DNA from: Octopus vulgaris
Lineage: Eukaryota
Length of the DNA stretch: 64,000 bases
NCBI GenBank assembly: GCA_951406725.2
Contig: OX597826.1
Span: forward strand, 30,938,001 to 31,002,000
Reading direction: 5' to 3'
Shown here: piece after piece, positions 43,586 to 58,039 of the stretch
How the letters are laid out: each line of letters opens with the position of its first letter
Position numbering within the stretch: the first letter of the stretch is position 1
Position numbers and translations under genes: made by a program
Notes under the pieces: model-generated
Databases searched by the model: none
What the model was told of the DNA's origin: nothing
What the model saw: the letters and a program-made list of their open reading frames with translations, nothing else

Positions 43586-44150
43586 GTATATCATTTGAAA
43601 TATGCTTTTTGCGTGTGCGTATGTGTGCGTTTTATACCTGTTACAGCGTTCGATTCCCGTCGGCGATGTTACAACTTTTTCTTTCCGCATGTATGGATAT
43701 ACGTATGTGCGTGCGTACGTGTGGATGGGGTGTAATCTCACTGAATTAGAAGCAATACAAACTAAATATATTCAAATAATTATGCATTGCATAACCGAGA
43801 CACGTACGCGTTAGTGCTTGCTGGTGTACATTATAAAAACACAAGTGAAATCTTGTTGAGCCGGAGGGCAAATATAAGATTTTTGAAGTGAATTTAGTTA
43901 TAAATATATGTCGGTGAAACGAACTGCGTATGACACGAGATGTAAATATTCACTTCAAATATCTGCAGATTTAAATAGATTTTCCTAGCACGTAGGAAAA
44001 CTATAGCAAAGAGCATTAAGTTTCGATTTAGCCCATTCTTAGAGCTGTAAATTTTAAAACTTTATTGAAAATAATATAAGAATGTATGTTGTAGTGTGCA
44101 ATTCTACCAAAGAGCTCAATAAATTTCTGTTCTTAGTAACATAAATATAA

Positions 44151-44364
44151 TCCTTTATACTGGGGGCACAAGGCCTCAAATTTGTGGGTTGAGGACTAGT
44201 CGATTTAATCGATCCTAGTGTTTCACTGGTACTTAATTTATCGACCCTGAAAGGATGAAAGGGAAAGTCGACCCCGGCGGAATTTGAACTCAGAACGGAG
44301 CGACGGGCGAAATACCGCTATGCATTTCGTCCAGCGTGCTAATAATTCTGCCAGCTCGCCGCCT
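44151..44364 (-). mobile_element. SINE group B, full length, with target-site duplication
   Basis: Flanked by cttagtaacataaatataa (44132-44150) and cttagtaacatgaatataa (44363-44381). Confidence 0.9.
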
Positions 44365-44384
44365 TAGTAACATGAATATAACGT

Positions 44385-44925
44385 TACAGTTTGACGAACT
44401 AAGCAGTGATGCTTATAAAAACAAACTTGTTACCAGTTCGAAAGCAGTAATGCGTGTAAAAACAAACTTGTTAGCGGTTCGAATATGCTTCAGACATATT
44501 TGAACTCGTAAGAAAGCGATTCACTGTCTTTTGTCACAGAGACAGTTTTTATAAGTGGATAAATAGGTGTAAATACACAGTCAATTTCGGAGTGTTTATC
44601 ACCTCCTCAGCAGGAGTGGCCGCAACGGCCGACTGTGTGAACTGACGCGAGAGACAGGTCTCTCCTCTTATGATATTCTCGACATCGTTCATTGACAAAT
44701 AGATGCAAATAAACTGAGTCCCTAACAAGACTGTGGAGTACATGCATTTCGGAGTGTTTATCACCTCTTCAACAGCAGTGACTGGAAAGGCTGGCACTGC
44801 GAACTGACACGAGACACAGGCTCCTATTATGATATTCCTGGCATCATTCAAAAACTGGTTGCGCTGTTTAAACTGTTAACACGTTTGCGTTTTACCACAT
44901 CACTGCTCAGCAATGTCACCCTGTA
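44385..44925. mobile_element. Tc1/mariner-type MITE with internal direct repeats
   Basis: TA-CAG..CTG-TA termini with about 50-bp degenerate TIRs (agcagtgatg / catcactgct); about 105-bp direct repeat near 44585 and 44747. Confidence 0.7.
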
Positions 44926-45408
44926 TTTTATTTGCAGTGAAACACTGTAAGCTGGATTTACTGCGATGTAAAAACCCTGTCGGGGGTTTAACGACCTGAC
45001 CTGCTATTACTTGAGTTCTTGGTTACTGTGTGTTTATACTGATCAAATCTCTCTGAGATACAGACGGTTATACGCATACACATGCATAGATATGCACACA
45101 CACGAGTCTCTGTGTGTGGGTGGGGGTGTCTTATAATACAAACAGGAAAGCTGGAACTCAAAACATGTGTTAACGTTGAGGGCACTTCTCAAACTGATAA
45201 ATGCCGTGACAGGCACAAATTCTCAAAACAATTTATAATTTCATATGTGTGTATGTATGTTTATATAGATAGATAGAGAGATAGATAGATAGTGTGTGTG
45301 TATGTATGTATATATGTGTGTATGTATATGTGTCTGTAAGTATGTGTGTATGTATATATGTATGTATATATGTGTATATATGTATGTATATATGTGTATA
45401 TATGTATT

Positions 45409-45443
<35 letters not shown>

Positions 45444-46187
45444 CTATGTATATATATGTATCTATGTATGTATATATATATATGTGTGTGTTTATGTGTA
45501 TATATGTATATATATGTATATATATATACACATACATATACGTAGATATATTTAAGTCATGGACTGCAAGCCATTTCTTGCATTCGTGCTGCAACAGGCA
45601 CTGATGTGTGTTTGTATGCGTGTTTATGTGTATAGGGGAGTCTGTTATGTGTGCGTGGTCGTGTGGTTAACAAGTTTGCATCGCTATACGAAATAGTAGT
45701 TTCGCTCTCTCTGCGTGATACTTTGTCACGTCTTCTACGAAACCTTAAGAACAACGCAAGGCCTTACAAGAGAAACTGTGTGGAAAATCAATATCCGGAT
45801 ACACTTTAATGTAACAGAATCTAAAAGACATACTCATGTTACGCACAATGCCACAGTGTCATTCTGATAGTGTGTGAGGCTTGCGTTAAATGTCACAAAT
45901 GCCTATGGCATATGCATCTCTATTTAGAGTAACATATTCTGAGGAATTGCTTTCAATCTACGGGGATACTAAACATAGACACCTACAGAAGATCAATTAA
46001 ATTTTATGCTGTGTGCGTGTTTGTGTATATATATACATATATATACATGTGTATATATATGTGTGTGTATTTCTATAATATTTTATGTTATTTCTACTTT
46101 TATTCTCTTATTTCCCTCTATTTTCCCTATCCTCCTTTCCCATAATAATTCCTTATTTCGAACTCAAACGGTTACCTTTCTCACATG

Positions 46188-46235
46188 GTCTCTGATTAAG
46201 GGATATCCATAATATCCCAGAAACAGCTGTAAGAC
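46188..46235 (+). ncRNA. Minimal type I hammerhead motif with G8-to-T core mutation, in a PLE-like fragment (about 46070-46298)
   Basis: gtct-CTGATTA-a-gggata-tccataa-tatccc-a-GAAAC-AGCT-GTA-agac. Confidence 0.7.
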
Positions 46236-46293
46236 TATATCTCTTTCCTTATAAATATCCTGAAAACCTCTCACAGCTTTGGCTTTGTTTTTG

Positions 46294-46355
<62 letters not shown>

Positions 46356-46357
<2 letters not shown>

Positions 46358-46516
46358 GACGAGCCTCTTTCAGTTTTCGTGTAGCAAATGTACTCACAAA
46401 GCCTGTAGTGGGTCCCTGAACTTTCGCAGAGGACACTTGCCCAAGGGGCATGAAGTGAGACTAAACACAAGACCAAATGGCTGGGAAGCAAACTTCTCGC
46501 CACACAGCCACGTCTG
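46356..46516 (-). mobile_element. SINE group A 5' half, degenerate
   Basis: gacacttgcccaagg..ccacacagccac. Confidence 0.75.
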
Positions 46517-47061
46517 CGTATATAAGCAACGACTGCGCCTATTATATATATATATAGTTCTCATGTATCAGCGGCCTGATTTCAATACAACAGGACATGT
46601 GCTGGGCCAGTAGATTACTTGGAGAAGCAAGACATGTTATATAAACCCACCTAGACACGTGTCTCCACAGCAAGAAACTATTAGTAGCTTGTACCTTTAC
46701 ATTATGTACATTAAATGATATATATATTGGTTTCTGCTGCTCCCCATGGATTACTGAACAGTTTGTGTGTATACACTTTAAAGCAAACAATTGATGCTTT
46801 CCCTCTGATTTCTGAACGTTTATGAAGTTCTAAATCAGAATTATCTAATGAAGCTAAGTTCGTATCGGCATGGTTGAACACGCTTCCAATGACCATTCCT
46901 CTATGATATATCTCCTTTGACAGAATCGAAGAGCGTTTCATCCGTTCTCATCTTCATTATATATTTATTCCTTGGCACGCATTTCCTAGCTACACAGCTG
47001 TAGAGCTCTTTACACACCAACACACACACAAACATACATGGTATAGTGGTATAGTTGTATT

Positions 47062-47093
<32 letters not shown>

Positions 47094-47639
47094 TGTATAC
47101 AGATTTTTTCTAAGTATATAAGCATACATATATGTATGTGCGTGTGTACAATACATACATGCATATTTTTATATATACTCACGCACGCGCATCGTGAATT
47201 ATTTGCTTCCGGCGACGCTAATTTCAGTCGACAAAATTAAGAAATACTTTACTCCATTGCAGTGGGTACTGTTTGTTTACTCGTTTCTATTGTGACTGTG
47301 TACACATGCATGTGTGCATGTGTGTGTTTGTATTTGTGTGTGTATGCATTTGTGTGTGTATGTATTTGTGTGTGTGCGCGTGCGTGAGTGTGCGTGCTGT
47401 AGAAACGCAGTGATCAATATCTGTCGATGGATTCAATTACAATGAAATAAAACGCGTATATATAAGATATATACATAGCAAAATAAATATTAGTAATTCT
47501 TCTCCAGATTCTACGGGTTTCATGTAGCGTAATGCATTCGTTAGCGAAGAAAAAATTTCAGCTGTCCATCTTGTTTATTTATACGTTCAATTAAAATGAT
47601 CTATGTAACCAAATATCAAATGGCATTATGTAAACTACG

Positions 47640-47865
47640 AGGTGGTGAGCTGACAGAATCGTTAGCACGCTGGGTAAAATGCTTAACAGCATTATATGTA
47701 TTTATATATGGATGTATTGCGTTCTGAGTTCAAATTCCACTGAGGTCGATATTACCTTTTATCCTTTCGGGGCTGATAAAATAAGCTCTATTTGAGCACT
47801 GGGGTCGATATAATCGACTTACTCCTGCTCCCGAAATTGCTGTCCCGGATCCAAAATTTGAAACC
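47640..47865 (+). mobile_element. SINE group B
   Basis: ggtggtgagctgacagaatcgttagcacg..ttctgagttcaaattcc..atcctttcgggg. Confidence 0.8.
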
Positions 47866-48282
47866 AATGTATGTGTTTCACGTAGCATCGTACATTCGTT
47901 AGCGTGTAGACCCGTTGATAATACAGCAACTGTATCCACATATTCGATTGTACTATTCTACATCACCTTATGGTAATATAGAGACAATGGTAATTTCTTA
48001 ATTTTCAAATTTACAATCCTCAGAAGAAAACACTTAAAACTGATTTTACATAGTCGTCTACAAATAACATAAAATTCTTGCACTCCACTGCCTTGTTCCA
48101 CATATGCATAATTTGTCTTTTAATTGTATCATGATCGGTAATAGTGATTCTTAACTGGGATCCACATGGCCCACCGACTGTGAAAATTTACGTGCAGTAA
48201 ATCGGTTATACTTCGACAATGCACAAAATATTTCAACATTTTTTTAATGCAATTCCGAATATTGAATTATAAAAATATAACT

Positions 48283-48517
48283 CTTTTACTCTTTTACTTG
48301 TTTCAGTCATGTGACTGTGGCCATGCTGGAGGACCGCCTTTAGTCGAGAAAATCGACGCCAGGACTTATTCTTTGTAAGTCTAGTACTTATTCTATCGGT
48401 CTCTTTTGCCGAACCGCTAAGTTACGGGGACGTAAACACACCAGCATCGGTTGTCAAGCGATGTTGGGGAGACAAACACAGACACACAAGCATATACACA
48501 CACACACATATACATAC

Positions 48518-48565
<48 letters not shown>

Positions 48566-48566
48566 T

Positions 48567-48657
<91 letters not shown>

Positions 48658-48666
48658 ATATATATA

Positions 48667-48697
<31 letters not shown>

Positions 48698-48722
48698 GTG
48701 TGTGTGTGTATATATATATATA

Positions 48723-48770
<48 letters not shown>

Positions 48771-48920
48771 TACGACGTGCTTCTTTCAGTTTCTGTCTAC
48801 CAAATCCACTCACAAGGCCTTGGTCGGCCCGAGGATATAGTAGAAGACACTTGCCCAAGGTGCCACGCAATGGGACTGAACATGTAACCATGTGGTTAGG
48901 AAGCAAAATGCTTACCACAT
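48283..48920 (-). mobile_element. SINE group A with about 300-bp internal (TA)/(TG) expansion
   Basis: Tail at 48283-48480 and head at 48772-48920. Confidence 0.9.
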
Positions 48921-49019
48921 GACCATGCGTGCGCCTGTCCAATATATTTCTATGTTTTGAAATTACTGTATAATCAATGTTTTTTTTTTCTTTGAGCGTC
49001 TTGTAAGATATAAGATAAA

Positions 49020-49810
49020 ATGGAGATGATGATGAGGAGGAGGAGGGGGTTGTAGTTGCAACTCCGGTGATTGTAGTGGTTGTATTTGTTGCGGTGATAG
49101 TTCCGGTGGTGGTAGTTGTAGTATTGGTTACAGTGATGGTGGGTGATCTGATTGTGATGGGCTTGTAGCAATGGTGGTTGCAGAGATGGTGAGGGTCATA
49201 GTAGTTGTGGATGTAGTACTACTCTTTGTAATGGTGGTGGTTACAGAGATGGGTGGTGGTGGCTGTAACTGTGGTGGTGGTGTTGCTGATGGTACTGATT
49301 GTGGTAGCGATAGTGATGGTGGGGGTGCTGCTTGTGGCAGTAGTGATGGTGGCGGTGGCGGTGGCGGTGGCCATGGTGGTGGTTGTAGCATTAATGGCTA
49401 TAATTGTGGTGATGATAGCGATGGTGATTGCATTGGTGGTGGTGTTGCTGGTTGGTACTGGTTGTGGTAGTAGTGGTGGCGGTGGTGATGGTGGGGCGGT
49501 GGTGGTGCTGGTGGTGGTGGCAATGGTGTTGCGGTGGTGGTGCTGGTGGTGGTGGCAATGGTGTTGGTTGTAGCATTAGTGGCTATAATTGTGGTGATGA
49601 TAGCGACGGTGATTGTATTGGTGGTGCTGCTGCTGGTTGTAATAGTAGTGTTGCTGGTGGTACTGGTTGTGGTAGTAGTGGTGGCGGTGGTGATGGCGGG
49701 CGGCGGTGGTGATGGCGGTGAGGCGGTGGTGATGGTAGTGGCAATGGTGTTGGTTGTAGCATTAGCGGCTGTAATTGTGATGATGATAGCGATGGTAGCA
49801 GTATAGCAGT
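49020..49810. repeat. (GGT)n-rich triplet tract with about 186-bp higher-order repeat
   Basis: ggttgtagcatta..ggct.taattgtg..gatgatagcga recurs near 49381, 49566 and 49752. Confidence 0.85.
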
Positions 49811-50249
49811 ATCGGTGTTGGTTGGCGTGGTGGTGGGCTGTAGTCAGGGTCAGGACTGGCAAGATGAAGACTCATCTGGTTTACAGTTTTATTAAGTATA
49901 GTCATAAAACTAAAAGATATCCGCCACATGCTGCTGCGATACATTAAAATTTCTTCCTGATTTCGAAATAGAAATAAAGAGATGATATATTGCTTCCCTT
50001 AGCCGAAATATTGAAGGGGAGATAAATATTACATGCTTGTTTTTTATCTGATTTTTGTTTGACTTTTAATTTTGGCGGGAGACGGGTAGGAGAGGTTAGA
50101 GACGGGGTGGAGGCAGAGAGATGGGTCCGTTACAGTTGGAGAAAGGATTTTGAAATATAGATATGTTATTGCAGTGACTGGAAATCGAAACACGTAATAA
50201 AATATTAATTCGGCAATAACGTGTGAATGAGTGTGGCGGAATGAGAGAG

Positions 50250-50595
50250 ATGTAGAAACGGAGAGGGTGAATAAGAGAGAAAAGAGAAAGAGACAAGGAC
50301 ATGTAAGTAAACAGGGAGAGGATGAAAGAGAAAGAAAGGGACACAGGCAGGGAGACAGACAGGGAGAGAGAGGTAGTAACAGAGAGGGTGAATAAGAGAG
50401 AAAAGAGAAAGAGACAGGGACATGTACGTAAACAGGAAGAAGGTGAGAGAAAAAGAAAAAGACACAGGCAGGGAGACACAATCAGGGAGACAGAGAGAGA
50501 GGTAGAAACGGAGAGGGTGAATTAGAGAGAAAAAAGAAAGAGACTTGTAAGTAAACAGGGAGAGGGTGAGAGAGAAAGAAGGAGACACAGGCATA
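50250..50595. repeat. Purine-rich tandem repeat of about 125 bp, three copies
   Basis: gagagggtgaat.agagagaaaa..agagac..gtaaacagg near 50261, 50382 and 50511. Confidence 0.85.
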
Positions 50596-50670
50596 GAGAC
50601 AGACACATAGTTGGACAGACAAACGGATGGACAGATAGATAGCCAGGCGTACCGATATTCAGATAGACAA

Positions 50671-50701
<31 letters not shown>

Positions 50702-51067
50702 TAGGCGTACCGATATTCAGACAGACAAGCAGGCGCACCGACGCATCGTTCTGCGGCTGCGGCCACGGCTCTTCAAAAGCCAGCACCCACACCACTTCCC
50801 ATCTCGCAGGCGACAAGTGACATTAACAATGGAGATACCAAATCCAGTCGAAGCAAAACCATCGTGAAACTCCAACGGAAATCAACAAACGTCTATTTAA
50901 CTTTGTCTGTGTCGCTTTTTCGGTCCTCCTCTTTCTTTCTCCTCATCCCTCACAAATCAAGTGGCCTTGAAAAGGGGCGAAATGGAGTCCTTTCACCTCT
51001 GGCAAAATCAATAAGAAAAATACGACGTGCATTTATATGTATTTATATATTGATTCATTGTGTTCGT

Positions 51068-51367
51068 GAGGGCGCATGGCTTAGTGGTTAGGGTATTCGG
51101 ACTCCCGATCGTAAGGTCGTGAGTTCAATTACTGGCGACGCGTCGTGTCCTTGAGCAAGACACCTTATTTCACGTTGCTCCAGTCGACTCAGCTGGCAAA
51201 AATGAGTTGTACCTGTTATTCAAAGGGGCCAGCCTTGTCACTCTCTGTGTCGCGCTGAATCTCCGTGAGAACTACGTTAAGGGTACACGTGTCTGTAGAG
51301 AGCTCAGCCACAGCTGTTCCGTTGATCGTGTCAGCTGGGACACTCGTCGTCGAAACCGACGAAGTGC
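51068..51367 (+). mobile_element. SINE group C
   Basis: gcatggcttagtggttaggg (A box)..gagttcaatt (B box)..gtgtccttgagcaagacac; body as at 2854. Confidence 0.85.
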
Positions 51368-51408
51368 TCCGCATGTACTATGTATAGTCAAGTTGGACGT
51401 GCATGCGT

Positions 51409-51464
<56 letters not shown>

Positions 51465-51506
51465 CACGTATATCTATGCATGTATTCTATATTGTATATG
51501 AATATA

Positions 51507-51695
51507 AGGTGGCGAGCTCGCAGAATCGTTAGCACGCCGGACAAAATGCTTCGCTGCATTTCGTCCGACTTGGCATTCTGAGCTCAAATTCCACCGAGGT
51601 CAACTTTGCCTTTCATTCTTTTGGGGGTCGATGAAATAAGTACCAGTTAAATACTTGGGTCGACGTCCGCCACCTACACAATTTCAGGCCTATAG
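51507..51695 (+). mobile_element. SINE group B
   Basis: aggtggcgagctcgcagaatcgttagcacgccgg..gaggtcaactttgcctttcat. Confidence 0.85.
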
Positions 51696-51817
51696 TGAAA
51701 CAGATTGTGTGTGCGTGTTGCGTAGGCATTTAAATATGCATTTGCATGTATGTATACGTAGCATATATGTGTGTGTGTGTGTCGCTGCGTGTATGTGTAT
51801 GCACGTGTGGACATGTA

Positions 51818-51861
<44 letters not shown>

Positions 51862-52191
51862 TGTGTGTGAGTTTATATGTGTGTGTATATGAGTATATAT
51901 GTTTGTGTATGTATGTACGTTTGCGCCTTTATTTTGTCTGTATTCGTGAACGCAAGCATCTCTTTGTGCGTATCATTTGCCCAAGTTCACACACACACAC
52001 ACACGCACAATCTATTCTTGAAATGTCAACCTTTTCGCCGTGTGAATAGCTATTATCGCATTTATATCAATGAATGACGGTGTTGTTGTTGATGTTGATG
52101 TTGCAGTCGCTGTTGCTGCTGTAGTGAAGCTGTTGTTATACAGACTTCTTGACTTCTCAGCTTTTGTTTCTCTATTTTTGTCTGTGTCGTT

Positions 52192-52225
<34 letters not shown>

Positions 52226-52388
52226 TGTATGTGTGCATGTGCGCGTGTGTGTGTGTGTGTGTGTGGTACTTAAGAACAGTAACCGCAACCTTTGTTAAAT
52301 GAACCCAATCTTCTTTCCACTTAATCTCATACTTATCTATTTCGTCCAACGGATTAAGATAATCTAGGGACTAACACATACACACAAC

Positions 52389-52425
<37 letters not shown>

Positions 52426-52510
52426 ATAAGTATGAATATATATACATACATACATATATATATATATGTGTGTGTATGTGTGTGTATTCATACATAATAC
52501 GTATATATGT

Positions 52511-52607
<97 letters not shown>

Positions 52608-53063
52608 AGTGTGTACCTCTTCGTACGAATGTGTTTGTATTTTATTTTTCAAAATATGTTTCTCTGTACACGACTAATAACTAACTCCAGTTAATTTCCT
52701 GCTTCAAAAATAAAGCTTATAATGAACACGTGTACTGTTTTTTTTTTCTCTCTCTATACTAAAAATCAGTGTTCTCCTACTGGAGTACAAATATAAGCAC
52801 ATATACGAAATGTACGTACGCGTACGTAGATTTAAACTATGTGTTTGTATGTATATATGTATCTATCCACATATCTACCTGTCTATCTACCTGTCTATCT
52901 ACCTATCTATCTATCTATCCGTAAGTACATAAGTACATATACATACACATAGATATATATGTACATATATATATATATGCATGTGTATCTAGCTATATAT
53001 AAACATATATATATATGTGCGTGTGTGTACAGAGGGAGAGAGGGAGAGAGAGAGATAATTCCC

Positions 53064-53238
53064 GGTGAAGCGTTTTGTCCTTGAGCAAGACCCTTTATTT
53101 TCACATTGTTCCAGTCCACTCGGCTGCCAAAAATGAGTAGTACCTGTATTTCAAAGGGTCAGCCTTGTCACATTCTGTCAAGCTGAATTTCCCTGAGAAC
53201 TTCTTAATGGTACATGTGTCTGTGGAGTACTCAGCCAC
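53064..53238 (+). mobile_element. SINE group C fragment
   Basis: gtccttgagcaagac..tacctgtatttcaaaggg..gtggagtactcagccac. Confidence 0.75.
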
Positions 53239-54399
53239 CGATAAATAAGACAACACAGCTGATTCTAGTGATTTTACAAGTCCAATGTTTGTACATAGAC
53301 ATGCACACACACACACAACCCAAAGAGGGGGTGGTCTCTAAGCCTCAACATGACCTGCTAAAGATAGTAGAAAACTCTTCCTCAAATCACAACACACTAC
53401 TATTTTCAAAAGGTGTTATGTATATTTAATTAGATAGTCCTAGATACCCAATATGACAGAAAGATCACGGCTGGAACGCCTTTGATCACTAGACTCTAAG
53501 AGACTAAGCAACAACAGCAGCATAATCACTGACTAATTCTAATTAATTTTCAATTTGAAAAAAAAAAAAAAAACAGACCAAGAATTAACGTAAGATTATC
53601 CATTTTGAAGCAAGGAGACATTTACTAGGAAGTGCATCCTCGATCCATCACATCTCTACTCTACCTCTTCTATATTATCTACCATCCGGGGGGAATGGAG
53701 CGAAAATCCGATCCTGGCGGGATTTGAACTATGAAAGTTAAATGAGTGACGCTTAAGTAATGCTATGTCATTAAGTACGACTCTATGCCATTAATGCATT
53801 TCAGAGAATCAATTAATGAATGGTTAATTAAATGTTTCATGGAAAGTTTCAAGAATAATCTACTGCTTCATTTATTTATTGATTATTAATGAGTTCTTAG
53901 AGAGGGAAAAAAACATTTTTTTAAAAATCTAATTATTTCTAGCAGCAGACGATAAATGAGGTATATACGTCAGCCATATTTTACCAGGTGGTTTAAGCAG
54001 TTCGAGTTGCTGATGTAGATTCTAGTGATGTTAGCAGTTGTTGTTGTTGTTGTTGTTGTTGTTGTTAATTAGGCCAATGCCAATCCCCACTTGGACAAGT
54101 CGACCTTTGATAAAGACGTTCAAGTGGCAAAAAATACCGTTTTAATTTTTGTTTGTTTTTACAGAAAAACCGTGTTTTGAAGACCACATAATCTTAGTTC
54201 TATATGTCTCTTTCGTCTCTATCTAGAATCGAAGGTAGTAACATGAGGGAGATTTCGCTGCTATTTCTTTCCAACAGGCCAAATACGTCAAAAGAGTCTT
54301 GTTTTGAGAATGCGAAACAGATCAGCGGGGAATTTATTTTCACGGTTGGAGTGTGGAGCTAAAGAAAATCAAAAACGAGGCGTTGCTGCTAACAGTAAA

Positions 54400-54630
54400 G
54401 ACACGTGGCCTAGTGGTTAGGGTGTCGCCCACTTGATCACAAAATCGTAGTTTCGATCTCTGGACTAGGCGACGTGTTATGTTTTTGAGCAAAACATCTC
54501 ATTTCACGTTGCTTCAATGCACTCAATGAGCAACCCCGCGTCGGATAGTGTTCCGTTCAGGGGTGATGGTGCGATATTAGATCACCTATATGCCATAGAA
54601 ATCAGGCATCCTGCCTTTAGGGTTCTAAGA
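54400..54630 (+). mobile_element. Degenerate tRNA-derived SINE (group C-like head)
   Basis: cgtggcctagtggttagggtg..gtttcgatc..ttgagcaaaacatc. Confidence 0.65.
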
Positions 54631-55994
54631 CTTGAGACAGTAATGTCCATGGGTTGATGATGATGTTACCGCTAATACTTCTCCCATGACCTACGTTCAG
54701 AGAAAGAACCAAACATTGTACTGCAAGTTGACGAAACACTCAGCAATTTTACAGCGCTTCCGCCGTTGGGATTCATGTATTGTTGTTGTTATTTATTCTA
54801 ATATTAACCCTGACCAAACTGATTTATGAATAAAGCCGTTCTAACCATAGCCATCCCATTTTAACGATATTTTATCAAGCAAATTATCTTATGCATCCTT
54901 CATTTTTTAAAGACAATAATGTCTAATTTGAGGGAGATTTGGCTGTCATTTTTATAAAGTCCAGGAACCACATTAAGAGTTACTAATTGGTTCCTGCGAA
55001 GAGTGGTGGATTCTTCAGCCAGGTTAGTGCTTTTCAGTGGCTATGAGGATTGATAGGGGTCGGACATATTGTTAAGTTAAATATATTTGAGATAATTTTA
55101 CAATTTTTAATCATCTCCAATCGCCATGGCTAAGATAGAAGGATCATGAGGACAAAAGCGGACGAAAGTTGTTTTATAATCTTATTAATGATGAGGGTGA
55201 CGGTGAAATTTTCCCAAATAGTTGGTGGGTGGGGCAGTATTAAGACCATTTAAAAATCTTTATGCGAGTGTGGACTGTCCTGGTTCCGAAAAAGGACACA
55301 GCAAGTACTGCACTCAGATATGATTTGGTGCAAACACTCAGCCACACTATTCGGCCATCTGCGCGAGGATGAAGTGTATAACACATACCACAATGCCGTG
55401 AATAAGATACGAAACTAGCAACTGAAAGACCTGCTGGCTCCCTTTTAGCCACCAACCACCCAGCCATCGACAGATGTCGGAACATAATTAACAATATAGG
55501 AAGACCGTGATGTGTGAAGTGTAATGTTTGTACGCTACATTTGTGTTTTTGCTTTGTTTTGTTCACACCGTCTCGTCACCGAAGACTTCGTCATTGTATT
55601 TGATTGTGTGCTGACAATGTGTGTGAGTAAATCAATTCAAAGAACAAACGCTACAACACTGAACTGAGCAGTATTGGTTCCGCATCAGATATTACCAAAG
55701 TCGTCAGATTTCTTCACAGTTGTTCACCGTTAAGCATCGCCTCAAACTTAATTAAACACTCAGGATCATATTACTGACCGACTCCGCCCCCATTTCCTAC
55801 TTTCACTTTCGTTACTACTTTCACTTTTCCTTCTTTTACCCTCCACTTCACCCAGGTCCAACTCCTTGTTTGTCTGTTTATTTACTTTTTCTTTCTTTTA
55901 TTTATTCTTACATTTCGTCTTACTCTTGTAGTCTTTCTCTTTCTCCTATCGTGCGTAAACCCCGAATACGCATAAACACATCCACAATCACAAT

Positions 55995-56017
55995 AAGAAT
56001 TATTATTATTATTATTA

Positions 56018-56064
<47 letters not shown>

Positions 56065-56350
56065 GCTGCTGCTGATATTGTTATACGATTATTAATACTA
56101 TTATTATTATTATTATCATTACTACTACTTTTGTTTTTTACTAAGGCTATTATAATTATCATTGTGATCATCATCATCATCATTATTTTTATCATTACTA
56201 CTAATAGTACTACAATTGTTACTACTACAACTACTATAACTATCATTGTTACTACGACCATTATTCTCATCATCATCATCATCATCATCATTTATTATTC
56301 TTCGTATTATTATTATTATTAATATTGTCATCGTCATCATCATCATCATT
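55995..56350. repeat. (ATT)n/(ATC)n/(ACT)n triplet tract
   Basis: Direct inspection. Confidence 0.9.
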
Positions 56351-58039
56351 ACCGTAATATCAACAATACGATCAGGCAAATTAATTACGGCGTTTGTGTT
56401 TTCAATGGAACTAGTTGTTTACAAGAGTCTGCCACCATTAAACAGGAAATCACCCAAATTCAACAGTTCCATCAAACAAAATATATTAAATAATCGCAAA
56501 AATATTCCAACCTTTCTTTTTTTCATTCTTCCCGTCCACATTTCATCTTTTTTGTCTTTTGCATTCTTTTTTCTATTAATTTTTTTTCCTTTCATTCGTC
56601 TCGGTTTTGAATATTTTTTCCTTTCATTTTTATATTGTTGTTTTTTAATTCTAAAAAACAAAATTATGTTCTTCGGTTAAAGGCCCCCAATATCATCGCT
56701 AAAGCTATGACCTTGTGCTTTTATGGGATTTTTTAAAGAAATCTGAGCCAATAATTCAATAACTTGTGCAGTTGTGTTGCTAATTATTTGCAATATCTTT
56801 TGATACGCAATTTATATTATAAAAAAGCTTTGTATATATTACGCTGTTCCGTCGGGATCAACAAGAAAAGTACTCCATCGAGCGAGAGAAAAATATCATT
56901 TAATAAACACAAGTGTGAGCTACGGTTAGCTCCATGTCTCAAATAATACAGCAGACGACGACTTTGTATAGCATGTTGTGTATTTCCAAGCGATCGTTCA
57001 GGCTCAAAATACAACATGGCTGCTCTCTACTCTCGCGTTTTCTTTTTTTTTTCTTCTCGCTTTTTCTTTAGTTCTCTCTTTTTCTCAGTGTATTATCGAA
57101 TGCATGACAACTTATAGAAGCTCGCAGTTAAAACATGTTTATACTTAATGATAATGATTATATATACATATGTTTGTATATTTTTGTATGTAATGTATCT
57201 ATATTTGTATAACAGCATATAAATATTGAAGAACAATATTTACATGCAATTATTTACAGCGATGTGTGCGCTTCCAGGTCCACTATTCTCAAAAAGAATT
57301 ATTTCATGTTCTCCCGTAAGTTTATGAAATTCTTTGTGTGTGTGTGTGTGTGTGCGTTTGTGTAGATAGATAGATATAACTTGAGGTAGCACCGAACCAA
57401 ATCGTTTGTTCACTTACACGTGTGTATATATATAAATATGTGTGTGTATGTGTGTATGTACCCAGACATATTCATACGTATGTATGTATATATATATATG
57501 TGTGTGTGTGTGTGAGAGAGTGTGTGTGTGTGTATGTGTGTGTGTGTATGTGTGTGTGTGTATGTGTGCGTATGTGTGTGTGTATGGTATGTCTCGTATA
57601 TCATTGGATAAAAGCGACACGGCAGGAGACCCACTTTAATGTGGTTTAGTATATGCAGAGACAAATTCAACTCAACACTCAATCGAGTCCTCAACTCGCT
57701 AAATTATATAGACAGGCGTGGCTCTCAACAACAGCGAAGCTTGTAAAACACTCACACGGCCATATTAGATTCACCCCTGGACACCATCTGCATGGTAATT
57801 GTTCCTACTTGAATATACAATGGCTTCTTAATGTTCTTAATCCTTAAATATACTTCTAATTACTTAATTGTCTCATTATCATGTGGCAGGCATTCAAGTC
57901 AAATTTATTTTGTCAGAATTGCACTAACATCACCAGAGGTAGAGTTAGATTTACGAACTAACGAGGAAACAGACGAGAAATATCTGACAGTTTTTCATTC
58001 GAATCACATCCACTTCCATTTTGTAATTTGGCTTCGAAT

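Noticed and set aside
50810-51091. Possible internal exon after ctcgcag (ATSDINNGDTKSSRSK...)
   Set aside because: No convincing donor, runs into a SINE, no recognisable domain
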